Source: a virus
Direction: 5' to 3' (one strand)
IMG/VR virus record: IMGVR_UViG_3300037336_000148
Location: 1 to 31,350 of that record
DNA: 31,350 bases
The notes under the pieces are model-generated. The model did not search any database. It saw only the letters and a program-made list of their open reading frames with translations, and was not told the origin of the DNA. The number at the start of each line of letters is the position of its first letter. Position 1 is the first letter of the stretch. Positions 9,356 through 15,155 of the stretch are shown here, piece by piece. The position numbers and the translations under genes were made by a program.

Positions 9356-9688
9356 ATGATTACTATAAAATCTTTAATTTCTTACGTTAATTACTTGTTT
9401 TGTTTTTTTTACGGATTTACAGTATTTGATATAATAAAAAAAATATCAGCAGACGATTTCTATTTAGGAAACATTACAAATTTCTTTCAGTTGCTGCTTA
9501 CTATTATAGGAGTGTTGTTTGCTTATTATAAGCTTTTAACGTATCGGAGGGATTCAGCAACTAAAAGTAGAATGTTAGAGCAAGATGCGGAAAATAAAGA
9601 GATAGAATTGTTTTTTAAACGTAATGCAAAAGAAATTAAAGAAAACGAAATGTTATTCACTAAATTAAATAACGATGCAAATAAGTAA
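9356..9688 (+). CDS. Second holin/antiholin candidate
   Basis: 110 aa with two hydrophobic segments (YVNYLFCFFYGFTVFDII, FFQLLLTIIGVLFAYYKLL) and a long charged C-terminal tail. It overlaps the endolysin start by 14 nt. Confidence 0.45.
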   Translation: MITIKSLISYVNYLFCFFYGFTVFDIIKKISADDFYLGNITNFFQLLLTIIGVLFAYYKLLTYRRDSATKSRMLEQDAENKEIELFFKRNAKEIKENEMLFTKLNNDANK

Positions 9689-10109
9689 GAAGGGCGTTAA
9701 ATTATTACACGATAGGGAAGGTTTAAGATTAAAACCATATTTAGACACAAAAGGGATACCAACTATTGCCTTTGGTAATACCTTTTACGCGAACGGTAAA
9801 AAAGTGACAATGGCAGACAAACCGCTGACAATGGCAGAAGCCAGTAAATTAGGCGATGTAATTTTAGGTAAATTTGTTGAGGGTGTGGACAAGGCGATAA
9901 CATCATGCGTAAATCAAAATCAATTTGATGCTTGCGTGTCGTTTGCGTATAATATTGGTATAAATGGTTTTAGAGGTTCTTTAGCTTTAAAATTAATAAA
10001 TGTAAATCCAAATAATAAAGCAATAGGTGAAGCTTTTTTAAATTGGAGCAAACCAATCGAAATTTTAGGTAGGAGAAAATTAGAAGTTAAACAATACTTT
10101 GGCACGTAA
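9675..10109 (+). CDS. Endolysin, T4-lysozyme-like (glycoside hydrolase family 24)
   Basis: HDREGLRLKPYLDTKGIPTIAFG carries the E-x8-D-x5-T catalytic spacing of GH24 phage lysozymes. QFDACVSFAYNIG is also typical. Confidence 0.9.
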   Translation: MQISKKGVKLLHDREGLRLKPYLDTKGIPTIAFGNTFYANGKKVTMADKPLTMAEASKLGDVILGKFVEGVDKAITSCVNQNQFDACVSFAYNIGINGFRGSLALKLINVNPNNKAIGEAFLNWSKPIEILGRRKLEVKQYFGT

Positions 10110-10122
10110 TTTGTAATCACTT

Positions 10123-10548
10123 ATGAAAAAAATATCATGGAAAAATTATTCGACAAAATTAGCAATTATCTTTTTGGTGGCGTTAGCGGTTGGATGCGGT
10201 ACTAGAAAAACATATCAGACAAAAGAATTAGATAAATTAAAGTCAGCAGAAATAAATACGTCTGCTGACTTTTCTATCTTTAAGAAATTACATATTAATA
10301 ATACCTTTGATCGCAGCTTTAAGTACACACGTCAAATAGGCGATTTAAAGGAGACTTTTGAGCAAAACAACAAAAGCACTACTAGCGTTAAAATAATTGA
10401 TTCAGTCCGTTATAAAACGTTTGACATTTACAGAACCACTATAACTTACAAGTCAGTAAAAAATAAACAAACACAAAGCAATAATAATTTAATTTGGATA
10501 GTAGCAATAATATTAATCTTTTTATTTGCCTTAATAAAATTTAAATAA
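10123..10548 (+). CDS. Unimolecular spanin candidate
   Basis: N-terminal lipoprotein-type signal (LAIIFLVALAVGC) plus an extreme C-terminal TM helix (LIWIVAIILIFLFALIKFK). It lies directly after the endolysin, the same architecture as T1 gp11-type u-spanins. Confidence 0.55.
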   Translation: MKKISWKNYSTKLAIIFLVALAVGCGTRKTYQTKELDKLKSAEINTSADFSIFKKLHINNTFDRSFKYTRQIGDLKETFEQNNKSTTSVKIIDSVRYKTFDIYRTTITYKSVKNKQTQSNNNLIWIVAIILIFLFALIKFK

Positions 10549-10557
10549 AACTTAACC

Positions 10558-11433
10558 TTGAAAAATAATAACAGACGTTACCGCTTAAGCGATTACCAAG
10601 CGGCTAATTTAGGCTTAGAATTAAAAAAAATTAATCAATACACTTTAACCGCAGAACAAGAGGAACAGCATTTAAATAGCTTTGCAAACTTAGAAAACAC
10701 AACTAGAAAAGCAGTATTTACAGACGCGTTTAATAGTCAGGATGACATAAAGTCTTTACCTAAAAACGTTAAAATTAATAAAAAAGGTAAGCGTGTTTTA
10801 ATTATTGGAGATTTGCACGAACCGTTTTGCTTAGAAAAATATAGAGATCATTGTTTAAAAACTTACCAGGAATATAATTGTGATACTGTTGTGTTCATAG
10901 GCGACGTTATAGACAACCACGCAAGTTCTTACCATGAAACAGATCCAGATGGACACTCAGCGGGTCAAGAATTAAAACTGGCAATTTACAATATTAAGCA
11001 ATGGTACAAAGTTTTTCCAAAAGCATACGTTACAATTGGTAACCATGACAGGTTAATTATGCGCAAAGCAATGACAAGCGGTCTATCTAAAATGTGGATT
11101 AGAGATTACGCTGAGGTCTTGGGTGTTATCGGATGGAAATTTGTAGAAAGCGTAGAGATAGACAACGTACTTTACATTCATGGTGAAGGTGGAACCGCAA
11201 GGAATAGAGCGCGTAGGGACTTACAAAGCGTAGTACAAGGACATCTACACACACAATGTTATGTAGAGTGGATTGTAGGAGCTAAATTTAAAATATTTGG
11301 TATGCAAATAGGGTGTGGTGTAGATAATAAGTCATATGCATTAGCTTATGGTAAAAATTATGCAAAGCCTGCTATATCTTGCGGTGTTGTAGAATACGGA
11401 AAACGTGCAACAAATATAATGATGGATCTATAA
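10558..11433 (+). CDS. Calcineurin-like metallophosphoesterase
   Basis: Ordered motifs are present: GDLHEP, GDVIDNH, GNHD, HGEGG, GHLH. The frame opens at 10549 and has no in-frame ATG before the catalytic motifs, so the TTG at 10558 is the only plausible start. Confidence 0.85.
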   Translation: MKNNNRRYRLSDYQAANLGLELKKINQYTLTAEQEEQHLNSFANLENTTRKAVFTDAFNSQDDIKSLPKNVKINKKGKRVLIIGDLHEPFCLEKYRDHCLKTYQEYNCDTVVFIGDVIDNHASSYHETDPDGHSAGQELKLAIYNIKQWYKVFPKAYVTIGNHDRLIMRKAMTSGLSKMWIRDYAEVLGVIGWKFVESVEIDNVLYIHGEGGTARNRARRDLQSVVQGHLHTQCYVEWIVGAKFKIFGMQIGCGVDNKSYALAYGKNYAKPAISCGVVEYGKRATNIMMDL

Positions 11434-11461
11434 AAAAAACCGCTTGTTATAGCGGTTTAAA
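11432..11461. terminator. Bidirectional terminator between convergent transcription units
   Basis: Stem AAACCGCT / AGCGGTTT with a 6-nt loop. An A8 run precedes it, which reads as a T-run on the minus strand, so it is stronger for the minus-strand operon. TTT follows it on the + strand. Confidence 0.75.
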
Positions 11462-11489
11462 TTTCTACTTTTCAAATGTTATTACTACT

Positions 11490-11714
11490 TTATGAAAAAG
11501 CCTTTAAAATAGAATTTACGTTTAGAACACCCGATTCTAAATTTAATTCTCCTTCTTTTATTCTTTGAATTATTGCGTATGCAACTAATGAACCATTGCT
11601 ATTTTTTGTTTTGTAATAGTCTTCTAATGCCCAATATATAACGTCTTCAACTCTTTCAATATGTGAATTTTCTATTAATTCATCTAGAATAATTTCTTTT
11701 AATATTTTACTCAT
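11490..11714 (-). CDS. Hypothetical protein (last gene of the minus-strand island)
   Basis: The track ORF starts at a TTG (11744). The in-frame ATG at 11714 (MSKILKEII...) is more plausible. No motif recognised. Confidence 0.55.
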   Translation of the reverse strand: MSKILKEIILDELIENSHIERVEDVIYWALEDYYKTKNSNGSLVAYAIIQRIKEGELNLESGVLNVNSILKAFS

Positions 11715-11789
11715 TTTTTGTTTTATTATAACTACAACCAACAACTTGTGTATTAAATGGCTGTAATTGTGATTAATTAATACTTATTT

Positions 11790-11897
11790 CTATTTTCCTG
11801 TTATTTGTTTCCATTTTTCTAAATGTTCATCTAATTTTAAATAACTATATTCAATATTTAATAATGCATTTCGACACCAATCAGCAAAAGATTTCAT
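11790..11897 (-). CDS. Possible 35-aa ORF (MKSFADWCRNALLNIEYSYLKLDEHLEKWKQITGK)
   Basis: Hand-translated. ATG start, fills the gap between two minus-strand genes, and is below the length shown in the ORF track. Confidence 0.25.
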   Translation of the reverse strand: MKSFADWCRNALLNIEYSYLKLDEHLEKWKQITGK

Positions 11898-11922
11898 ATC
11901 TTCTTTAGTGTATTCTATTTTC

Positions 11923-12276
11923 TTATTTTTTTTTTCTGATTTCATATTGCTCGCTATAATGTTTAATATGTATTTTACTTATTTGTTCTTGAATTTCAGG
12001 ATATTTTTTTTGATCTAATCCGTTCCAAAACTCACTTAAAGTCCAATAAGAAACTTTTAAGGCATCTTGATTAGTTTTACAATAAAAACCTTTTTTATGG
12101 TTAATACAAGAAGTTGGTGAACAACAACCAGTCTCTCCACAACCAGAACAATAAGGACAATAAACATCATATTTTCTATTTCTGAAAAGACCTTTAAATT
12201 TAGAAAGACAACGCATAACAGCAGTTTGCAAAAATGGCAGGTTTATTCGTTCAATCATATTTTTTTTACGCATCAT
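11923..12276 (-). CDS. Cys-dense small protein, unknown function
   Basis: 117 aa containing CPYCSGCGETGCCSPTSC plus two further Cys. It starts 2 nt after the HTH gene stop. Confidence 0.6.
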   Translation of the reverse strand: MMRKKNMIERINLPFLQTAVMRCLSKFKGLFRNRKYDVYCPYCSGCGETGCCSPTSCINHKKGFYCKTNQDALKVSYWTLSEFWNGLDQKKYPEIQEQISKIHIKHYSEQYEIRKKK

Positions 12277-12278
12277 AT

Positions 12279-12536
12279 TTATTTACCTTCAAATGTTATT
12301 ACTACTTTATGCCCTAGTTTTTTACCCGCTTTATTTGCAAATTGCAAAAGACTTTCAAGATCATATATAAAAAATTCATGCACGTCAATATTGTTCTCTT
12401 TGCAAACCTTTTCAAACGTTTCTAGCGAAGGCGAAGTAGTGCCTAGTTCCCATCTCTTTAATTGCAGGGCACTAATACCTACAATGTCTTTTTTAGCCCT
12501 TAAAATGGCCGTTAATTGTTGTTGTATTTTACTCAT
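12279..12536 (-). CDS. XRE/Cro-CI-type helix-turn-helix transcriptional regulator
   Basis: ISALQLKRWELGTTSPSLETFEKVCKENNIDVHEFF fits the HTH_3 pattern (helix-turn-helix, then the E.G...PSL..L.K......V...F pattern). Confidence 0.75.
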   Translation of the reverse strand: MSKIQQQLTAILRAKKDIVGISALQLKRWELGTTSPSLETFEKVCKENNIDVHEFFIYDLESLLQFANKAGKKLGHKVVITFEGK

Positions 12537-12661
12537 GATGATATTAGTCTAAATAATTTGGGTAAATAATCAAATATAATAAATAATAAATCCGCAATAA
12601 TAATAATTAATAAAACTATTTTTACCGAAGTAGGGAGAGTTTTGTTTATATATTTCCACAT
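12533..12661 (-). CDS. Possible 42-aa hydrophobic peptide (MWKYINKTLPTSVKIVLLIIIIADLLFIIFDYLPKLFRLISS)
   Basis: Hand-translated. ATG start, one clear TM-like segment, and its TGA stop overlaps the ATG of the HTH gene (ATGA). Absent from the ORF track because of its length. Confidence 0.4.
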   Translation of the reverse strand: MWKYINKTLPTSVKIVLLIIIIADLLFIIFDYLPKLFRLISS

Positions 12662-12677
12662 AATAAAATATTTTTAT

Positions 12678-13034
12678 TTATAAGTTAAAATCTGTTTTTA
12701 GTTTACCGTTGTCATCAGAAAAAACTGCAAAGGTATAATGATTAAATGTAGTTAAGCAGCATATTATACTAAAGTAATTACTGCAATAAAATCCTGTAAC
12801 GCTATTATAAAATAAAAAATCCTTATCTTTTACTTCATAAGAATTAAAAGTGCTGACATTTACGTTCATAATTAATTGCTCTTCTAGCTGCTTAAACCCC
12901 CCTTGCGTTGTGATTTTGTTATCATTATTAATTTCTTTTTGATTGTTGTTGATGTCATACAAAACCATTAACTTTTCAATTTCGCTTACTCTTTTTTGAA
13001 GTGCTGAGATGCGTGTACTGTCTATATCATTCAT
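12678..13034 (-). CDS. Hypothetical protein
   Basis: 118-aa ORF with a coiled-coil-like N-terminus (RISALQKRVSEIEKL) and an aromatic/Cys-containing C-terminal half. Confidence 0.6.
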   Translation of the reverse strand: MNDIDSTRISALQKRVSEIEKLMVLYDINNNQKEINNDNKITTQGGFKQLEEQLIMNVNVSTFNSYEVKDKDFLFYNSVTGFYCSNYFSIICCLTTFNHYTFAVFSDDNGKLKTDFNL

Positions 13035-13162
13035 AATTTTATAGGTTCGTTAAATACAGGGTCGTTAATAATAATTTTAAGCGCAGTAATGTACTTTTCT
13101 TTTTCTAATTCTGCTATTCTCTTTTCCAATGCCTCAATACGGGCTAAATAAAAATCGTTCAT
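13031..13162 (-). CDS. Possible 43-aa coiled-coil ORF (MNDFYLARIEALEKRIAELEKEKYITALKIIINDPVFNEPIKL)
   Basis: Hand-translated. ATG start about 15 nt downstream of a minus-strand TATATTTG box. Its stop overlaps the next ATG (ATGA). Its N-terminus is paralogous to the next gene. Confidence 0.4.
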   Translation of the reverse strand: MNDFYLARIEALEKRIAELEKEKYITALKIIINDPVFNEPIKL

Positions 13163-13176
13163 AATATTTTTTTTTA

Positions 13177-13184
13177 CAAATATA
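13177..13184 (-). promoter_or_regulatory. -7 box TATATTTG for the minus-strand island
   Basis: The + strand reads CAAATATA, so the minus strand reads TATATTTG. It lies just upstream of the first minus-strand ORF. Confidence 0.45.
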
Positions 13185-13207
13185 GTAACACTTCTGATAA
13201 AATAAAT

Positions 13208-13219
13208 ATCATTAATGAT
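13208..13219. promoter_or_regulatory. Perfect 12-bp palindrome ATCATTAATGAT (operator candidate)
   Basis: The sequence is its own reverse complement. It lies between the divergent -7 boxes at 13177-13184 (minus) and 13262-13269 (plus). Confidence 0.3.
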
Positions 13220-13261
13220 TAATTTAACGTTTTATTAACTATTACATATTAAGTTATAACT

Positions 13262-13269
13262 TAAATTTG
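13262..13269 (+). promoter_or_regulatory. -7 box TAAATTTG for the rightward early operon
   Basis: Matches TAnnTTTG, 17 nt upstream of the ATG at 13286. Confidence 0.4.
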
Positions 13270-13285
13270 TAAAAAAATAAAACAC

Positions 13286-13507
13286 ATGGACACAACAGAC
13301 TACACGAACAATGCACCGTATTTAAACGAAGAGCAAACAGAAACTGAACAAGTAACAGTGGATGCATGGTATCATGACGAACTTATTAAAATTGCAAAAC
13401 TTACTAAAGAGTATTTTACAATTTTTAACTTTCCAATGGAAAAAACAAACGACGAATTAATTAGGCTCTACGAAATTAAAAAACAACTAAATAAATTACT
13501 ATGTTAA
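13286..13507 (+). CDS. Small acidic early protein, unknown function
   Basis: 73 aa and the first gene of the rightward operon. The N-terminal half is rich in D/E/T (DTTDYTNNAPYLNEEQTETEQVTVD). Confidence 0.55.
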   Translation: MDTTDYTNNAPYLNEEQTETEQVTVDAWYHDELIKIAKLTKEYFTIFNFPMEKTNDELIRLYEIKKQLNKLLC

Positions 13508-13869
13508 TATCAGAATTAGATCTAGATAATAATAAAAAAGCGTTATATTATCAGGCAAGAGCGGAAAAATATTGTAATAAAGACACAAATGATTTAGATT
13601 GTGCGTTTATTTGGGGGCATACAAAAGAAGGATATCTATATTGGAAACAATTACATGAAGCTATATTAGTTGACAACGACGTACCCAAACACTACAAAAA
13701 CGCAACGAATAAAGACGTAATTGATTTTTGCCATGACAACAATATTAATTTTTGTCGTGGTTCAGCAATAAAATACATAGTTCGTGCTGGCAAAAAAGAC
13801 GACGAAATAGAGGATTTGAAAAAAGCTATTGACTTTTTGCAACGAGAAATAAAAAATTTAAAAAAGTAA
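13501..13869 (+). CDS. DUF3310 (SaV-like) protein
   Basis: PKHYKNATNKDVIDFCHDNNINFCRGSAIKYIVRAGKKDDEIEDLKKAIDFLQREI matches the P.HY...(I)D.I....F..G.AIKY..R...K....DL.KA..YL pattern of DUF3310. Confidence 0.65.
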   Translation: MLISELDLDNNKKALYYQARAEKYCNKDTNDLDCAFIWGHTKEGYLYWKQLHEAILVDNDVPKHYKNATNKDVIDFCHDNNINFCRGSAIKYIVRAGKKDDEIEDLKKAIDFLQREIKNLKK

Positions 13870-13878
13870 TATTAATCA

Positions 13879-13945
13879 GCCATAATTTAACAGATGCAAT
13901 GCTGCTTAGTAACTGTTAAATTATGGCATAAAAAAAATAAATAAA
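13879..13945 (+). promoter_or_regulatory. Stem-loop element copy 1 plus A-rich spacer
   Basis: Perfect 15-bp stem GCCATAATTTAACAG (13879-13893) / CTGTTAAATTATGGC (13913-13927) with a 19-nt loop, then ATAAAAAAAATAAATAAA and the ATG at 13946. Confidence 0.5.
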
Positions 13946-14125
13946 ATGTCAAAAGAAAAAAAACTTACACAAGCCCTTGAATTAGCAAAGTCTAAATTAA
14001 AAGTAGCTGAACAGGCATTGAATGATATTACCAAATGGGATGATGATTTGGAAGATGAATATGGAGACCCTGGAGAAAGAGCTAGTTCGGCTTTAAAAAA
14101 GATTATGATTTTAAACGGTTTTTAG
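13946..14125 (+). CDS. Possible 59-aa ORF (MSKEKKLTQALELAKSKLKVAEQALNDITKWDDDLEDEYGDPGERASSALKKIMILNGF)
   Basis: Hand-translated, ATG start, fills an otherwise empty 400-nt gap. Just below the track length cut-off. Confidence 0.45.
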   Translation: MSKEKKLTQALELAKSKLKVAEQALNDITKWDDDLEDEYGDPGERASSALKKIMILNGF

Positions 14126-14200
14126 CCTTGCCAATAACTAATCGATTACAGTATATTTAATACGCCAAGCATAAACCGTTTTAAAAATAAATATTAAACA

Positions 14201-14278
14201 GCCATAGTCAGCTAAAAAAACAAAAATTAACTTTTTTGCTTCTGGTAAGAAAGTTGATTATGGCATAAAAAAAAATAA
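14201..14278 (+). promoter_or_regulatory. Stem-loop element copy 2 plus A-rich spacer
   Basis: 12-bp stem GCCATAGTCAGC (14201-14212) / GTTGATTATGGC (14253-14264) with two G-U pairs that work only in the + strand RNA. ATAAAAAAAAATAA and the ATG at 14279 follow. Flanks are shared with copy 1 (ATTAAnCAGCCATA ... ATTATGGCATAAAAAAAA). Confidence 0.45.
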
Positions 14279-14539
14279 ATGGAATTATTATATACCCTCA
14301 CACAATTAGCAAATCATTTAAAAATTTCAGAAAAATCAGTTAGAAATAAATTAAATATTTTAAAAATAAAAAGATATAGTTCTAAAAATAGAAATGCGAT
14401 GTATTCAGCTGACGTAATTATTGTTTTAGAAAAATCTTATGTTTATAAATATCCACATAAAATTAAAAATGATATTAAAGGTTATACTGCAAATTATTTA
14501 ATAATAGAATCCAAATTAAACTATGATACATTATTGTAA
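14279..14539 (+). CDS. Small DNA-binding-like protein (HTH candidate)
   Basis: The N-terminus YTLTQLANHLKISEKSVRNKL looks like an excisionase/MerR-type helix-turn-helix. Weak evidence. Confidence 0.4.
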   Translation: MELLYTLTQLANHLKISEKSVRNKLNILKIKRYSSKNRNAMYSADVIIVLEKSYVYKYPHKIKNDIKGYTANYLIIESKLNYDTLL

Positions 14540-14777
14540 TTGCGATCAAAAATACGTTACCGAATCCAGCTCCAAAAGATGTTGCACAGCGCAAAGTATT
14601 AAAATAAAAAAAGAAGCCGTACCAACGGCTAAAAGAAGGTTAAAAAAGACTAAAGAAGAAATAAAAGCATATCGAGAGATTTACTATTTAAAAAATAGAG
14701 ATAAAATATTAATGGTCCAAAGAATTTACGATCAAAATAAAAAACATGAAAAGAACATACAACGTATTGGAGAATAG
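14523..14777 (+). CDS. Basic Cys-containing hypothetical protein
   Basis: 84-aa ORF with an N-terminal HYCNCDQKY...KRCC segment and a Lys/Arg-rich remainder. Confidence 0.45.
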   Translation: MIHYCNCDQKYVTESSSKRCCTAQSIKIKKEAVPTAKRRLKKTKEEIKAYREIYYLKNRDKILMVQRIYDQNKKHEKNIQRIGE

Positions 14778-14889
14778 ATTTACACTTGCAGAAATTGCAA
14801 GCGCATTAATACCAAATGCAAAAAAATTGGTTAGAGAATCTAAAGACTTACCGCATTTACAAAAACCTATAAAGTACCTGCTAAAATAA
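14746..14889 (+). CDS. Possible 47-aa ORF (MKRTYNVLENRFTLAEIASALIPNAKKLVRESKDLPHLQKPIKYLLK)
   Basis: Hand-translated. It overlaps the previous ORF by 32 nt in another frame. Low support. Confidence 0.2.
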   Translation: MKRTYNVLENRFTLAEIASALIPNAKKLVRESKDLPHLQKPIKYLLK

Positions 14890-14908
14890 GTTCTTAAATT
14901 ATTGTTAA

Positions 14909-14916
14909 TATATTTG
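14909..14916 (+). promoter_or_regulatory. -7 box TATATTTG
   Basis: Exact TATATTTG in an intergenic region upstream of the small ORF at 14983. Confidence 0.4.
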
Positions 14917-14982
14917 CGAACTAATGTAAAACTATTGTATTTTTACACCAGCAATAAAGCTAAACACTAAAATATAGAAATT

Positions 14983-15135
14983 ATGACTATTCAAGAAAAA
15001 TTAAACAGAAAAGGTTACAATTTAGTAGCAAGTTACAATAATGGCGAAAGAGTAGGGTATTTTGCTAATAATAGAAAATACAACGAAAAAACTAGAATTT
15101 ATAAAACTCAAACAGAAGTTTTAAACTCAATTTAA
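14983..15135 (+). CDS. Possible 50-aa ORF (MTIQEKLNRKGYNLVASYNNGERVGYFANNRKYNEKTRIYKTQTEVLNSI)
   Basis: Hand-translated, ATG start, downstream of a -7 box. It fills the gap before 15156. Confidence 0.35.
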   Translation: MTIQEKLNRKGYNLVASYNNGERVGYFANNRKYNEKTRIYKTQTEVLNSI

Positions 15136-15155
15136 CCATTAAAAAAAAATAAGTT

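Noticed and set aside
10546-10560. Spanin candidate and phosphoesterase share a frame, separated by one TAA: a read-through fusion?
   Set aside because: Sharing a frame has a one-in-three chance. The spanin architecture needs a free C-terminal TM anchor, and nothing suggests recoding. It is treated as coincidence, with TTG initiation for the phosphoesterase.
11715-11744. Extended N-termini given by the ORF track at TTG codons (11744 on the minus strand, 20512 on the plus strand)
   Set aside because: In both cases an in-frame ATG lies a short distance downstream (11714 and 20581). That ATG gives a protein starting at a sensible position relative to the upstream gene. The TTG extensions add hydrophobic or basic junk-like residues.
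12226-12552. 108-aa + strand ORF across the minus-strand island
   Set aside because: It is antisense to the HTH and Cys-rich genes, both of which have better coding features (a clear HTH motif, ATGA coupling). The translation is a Leu/Ser/Cys-rich shadow.
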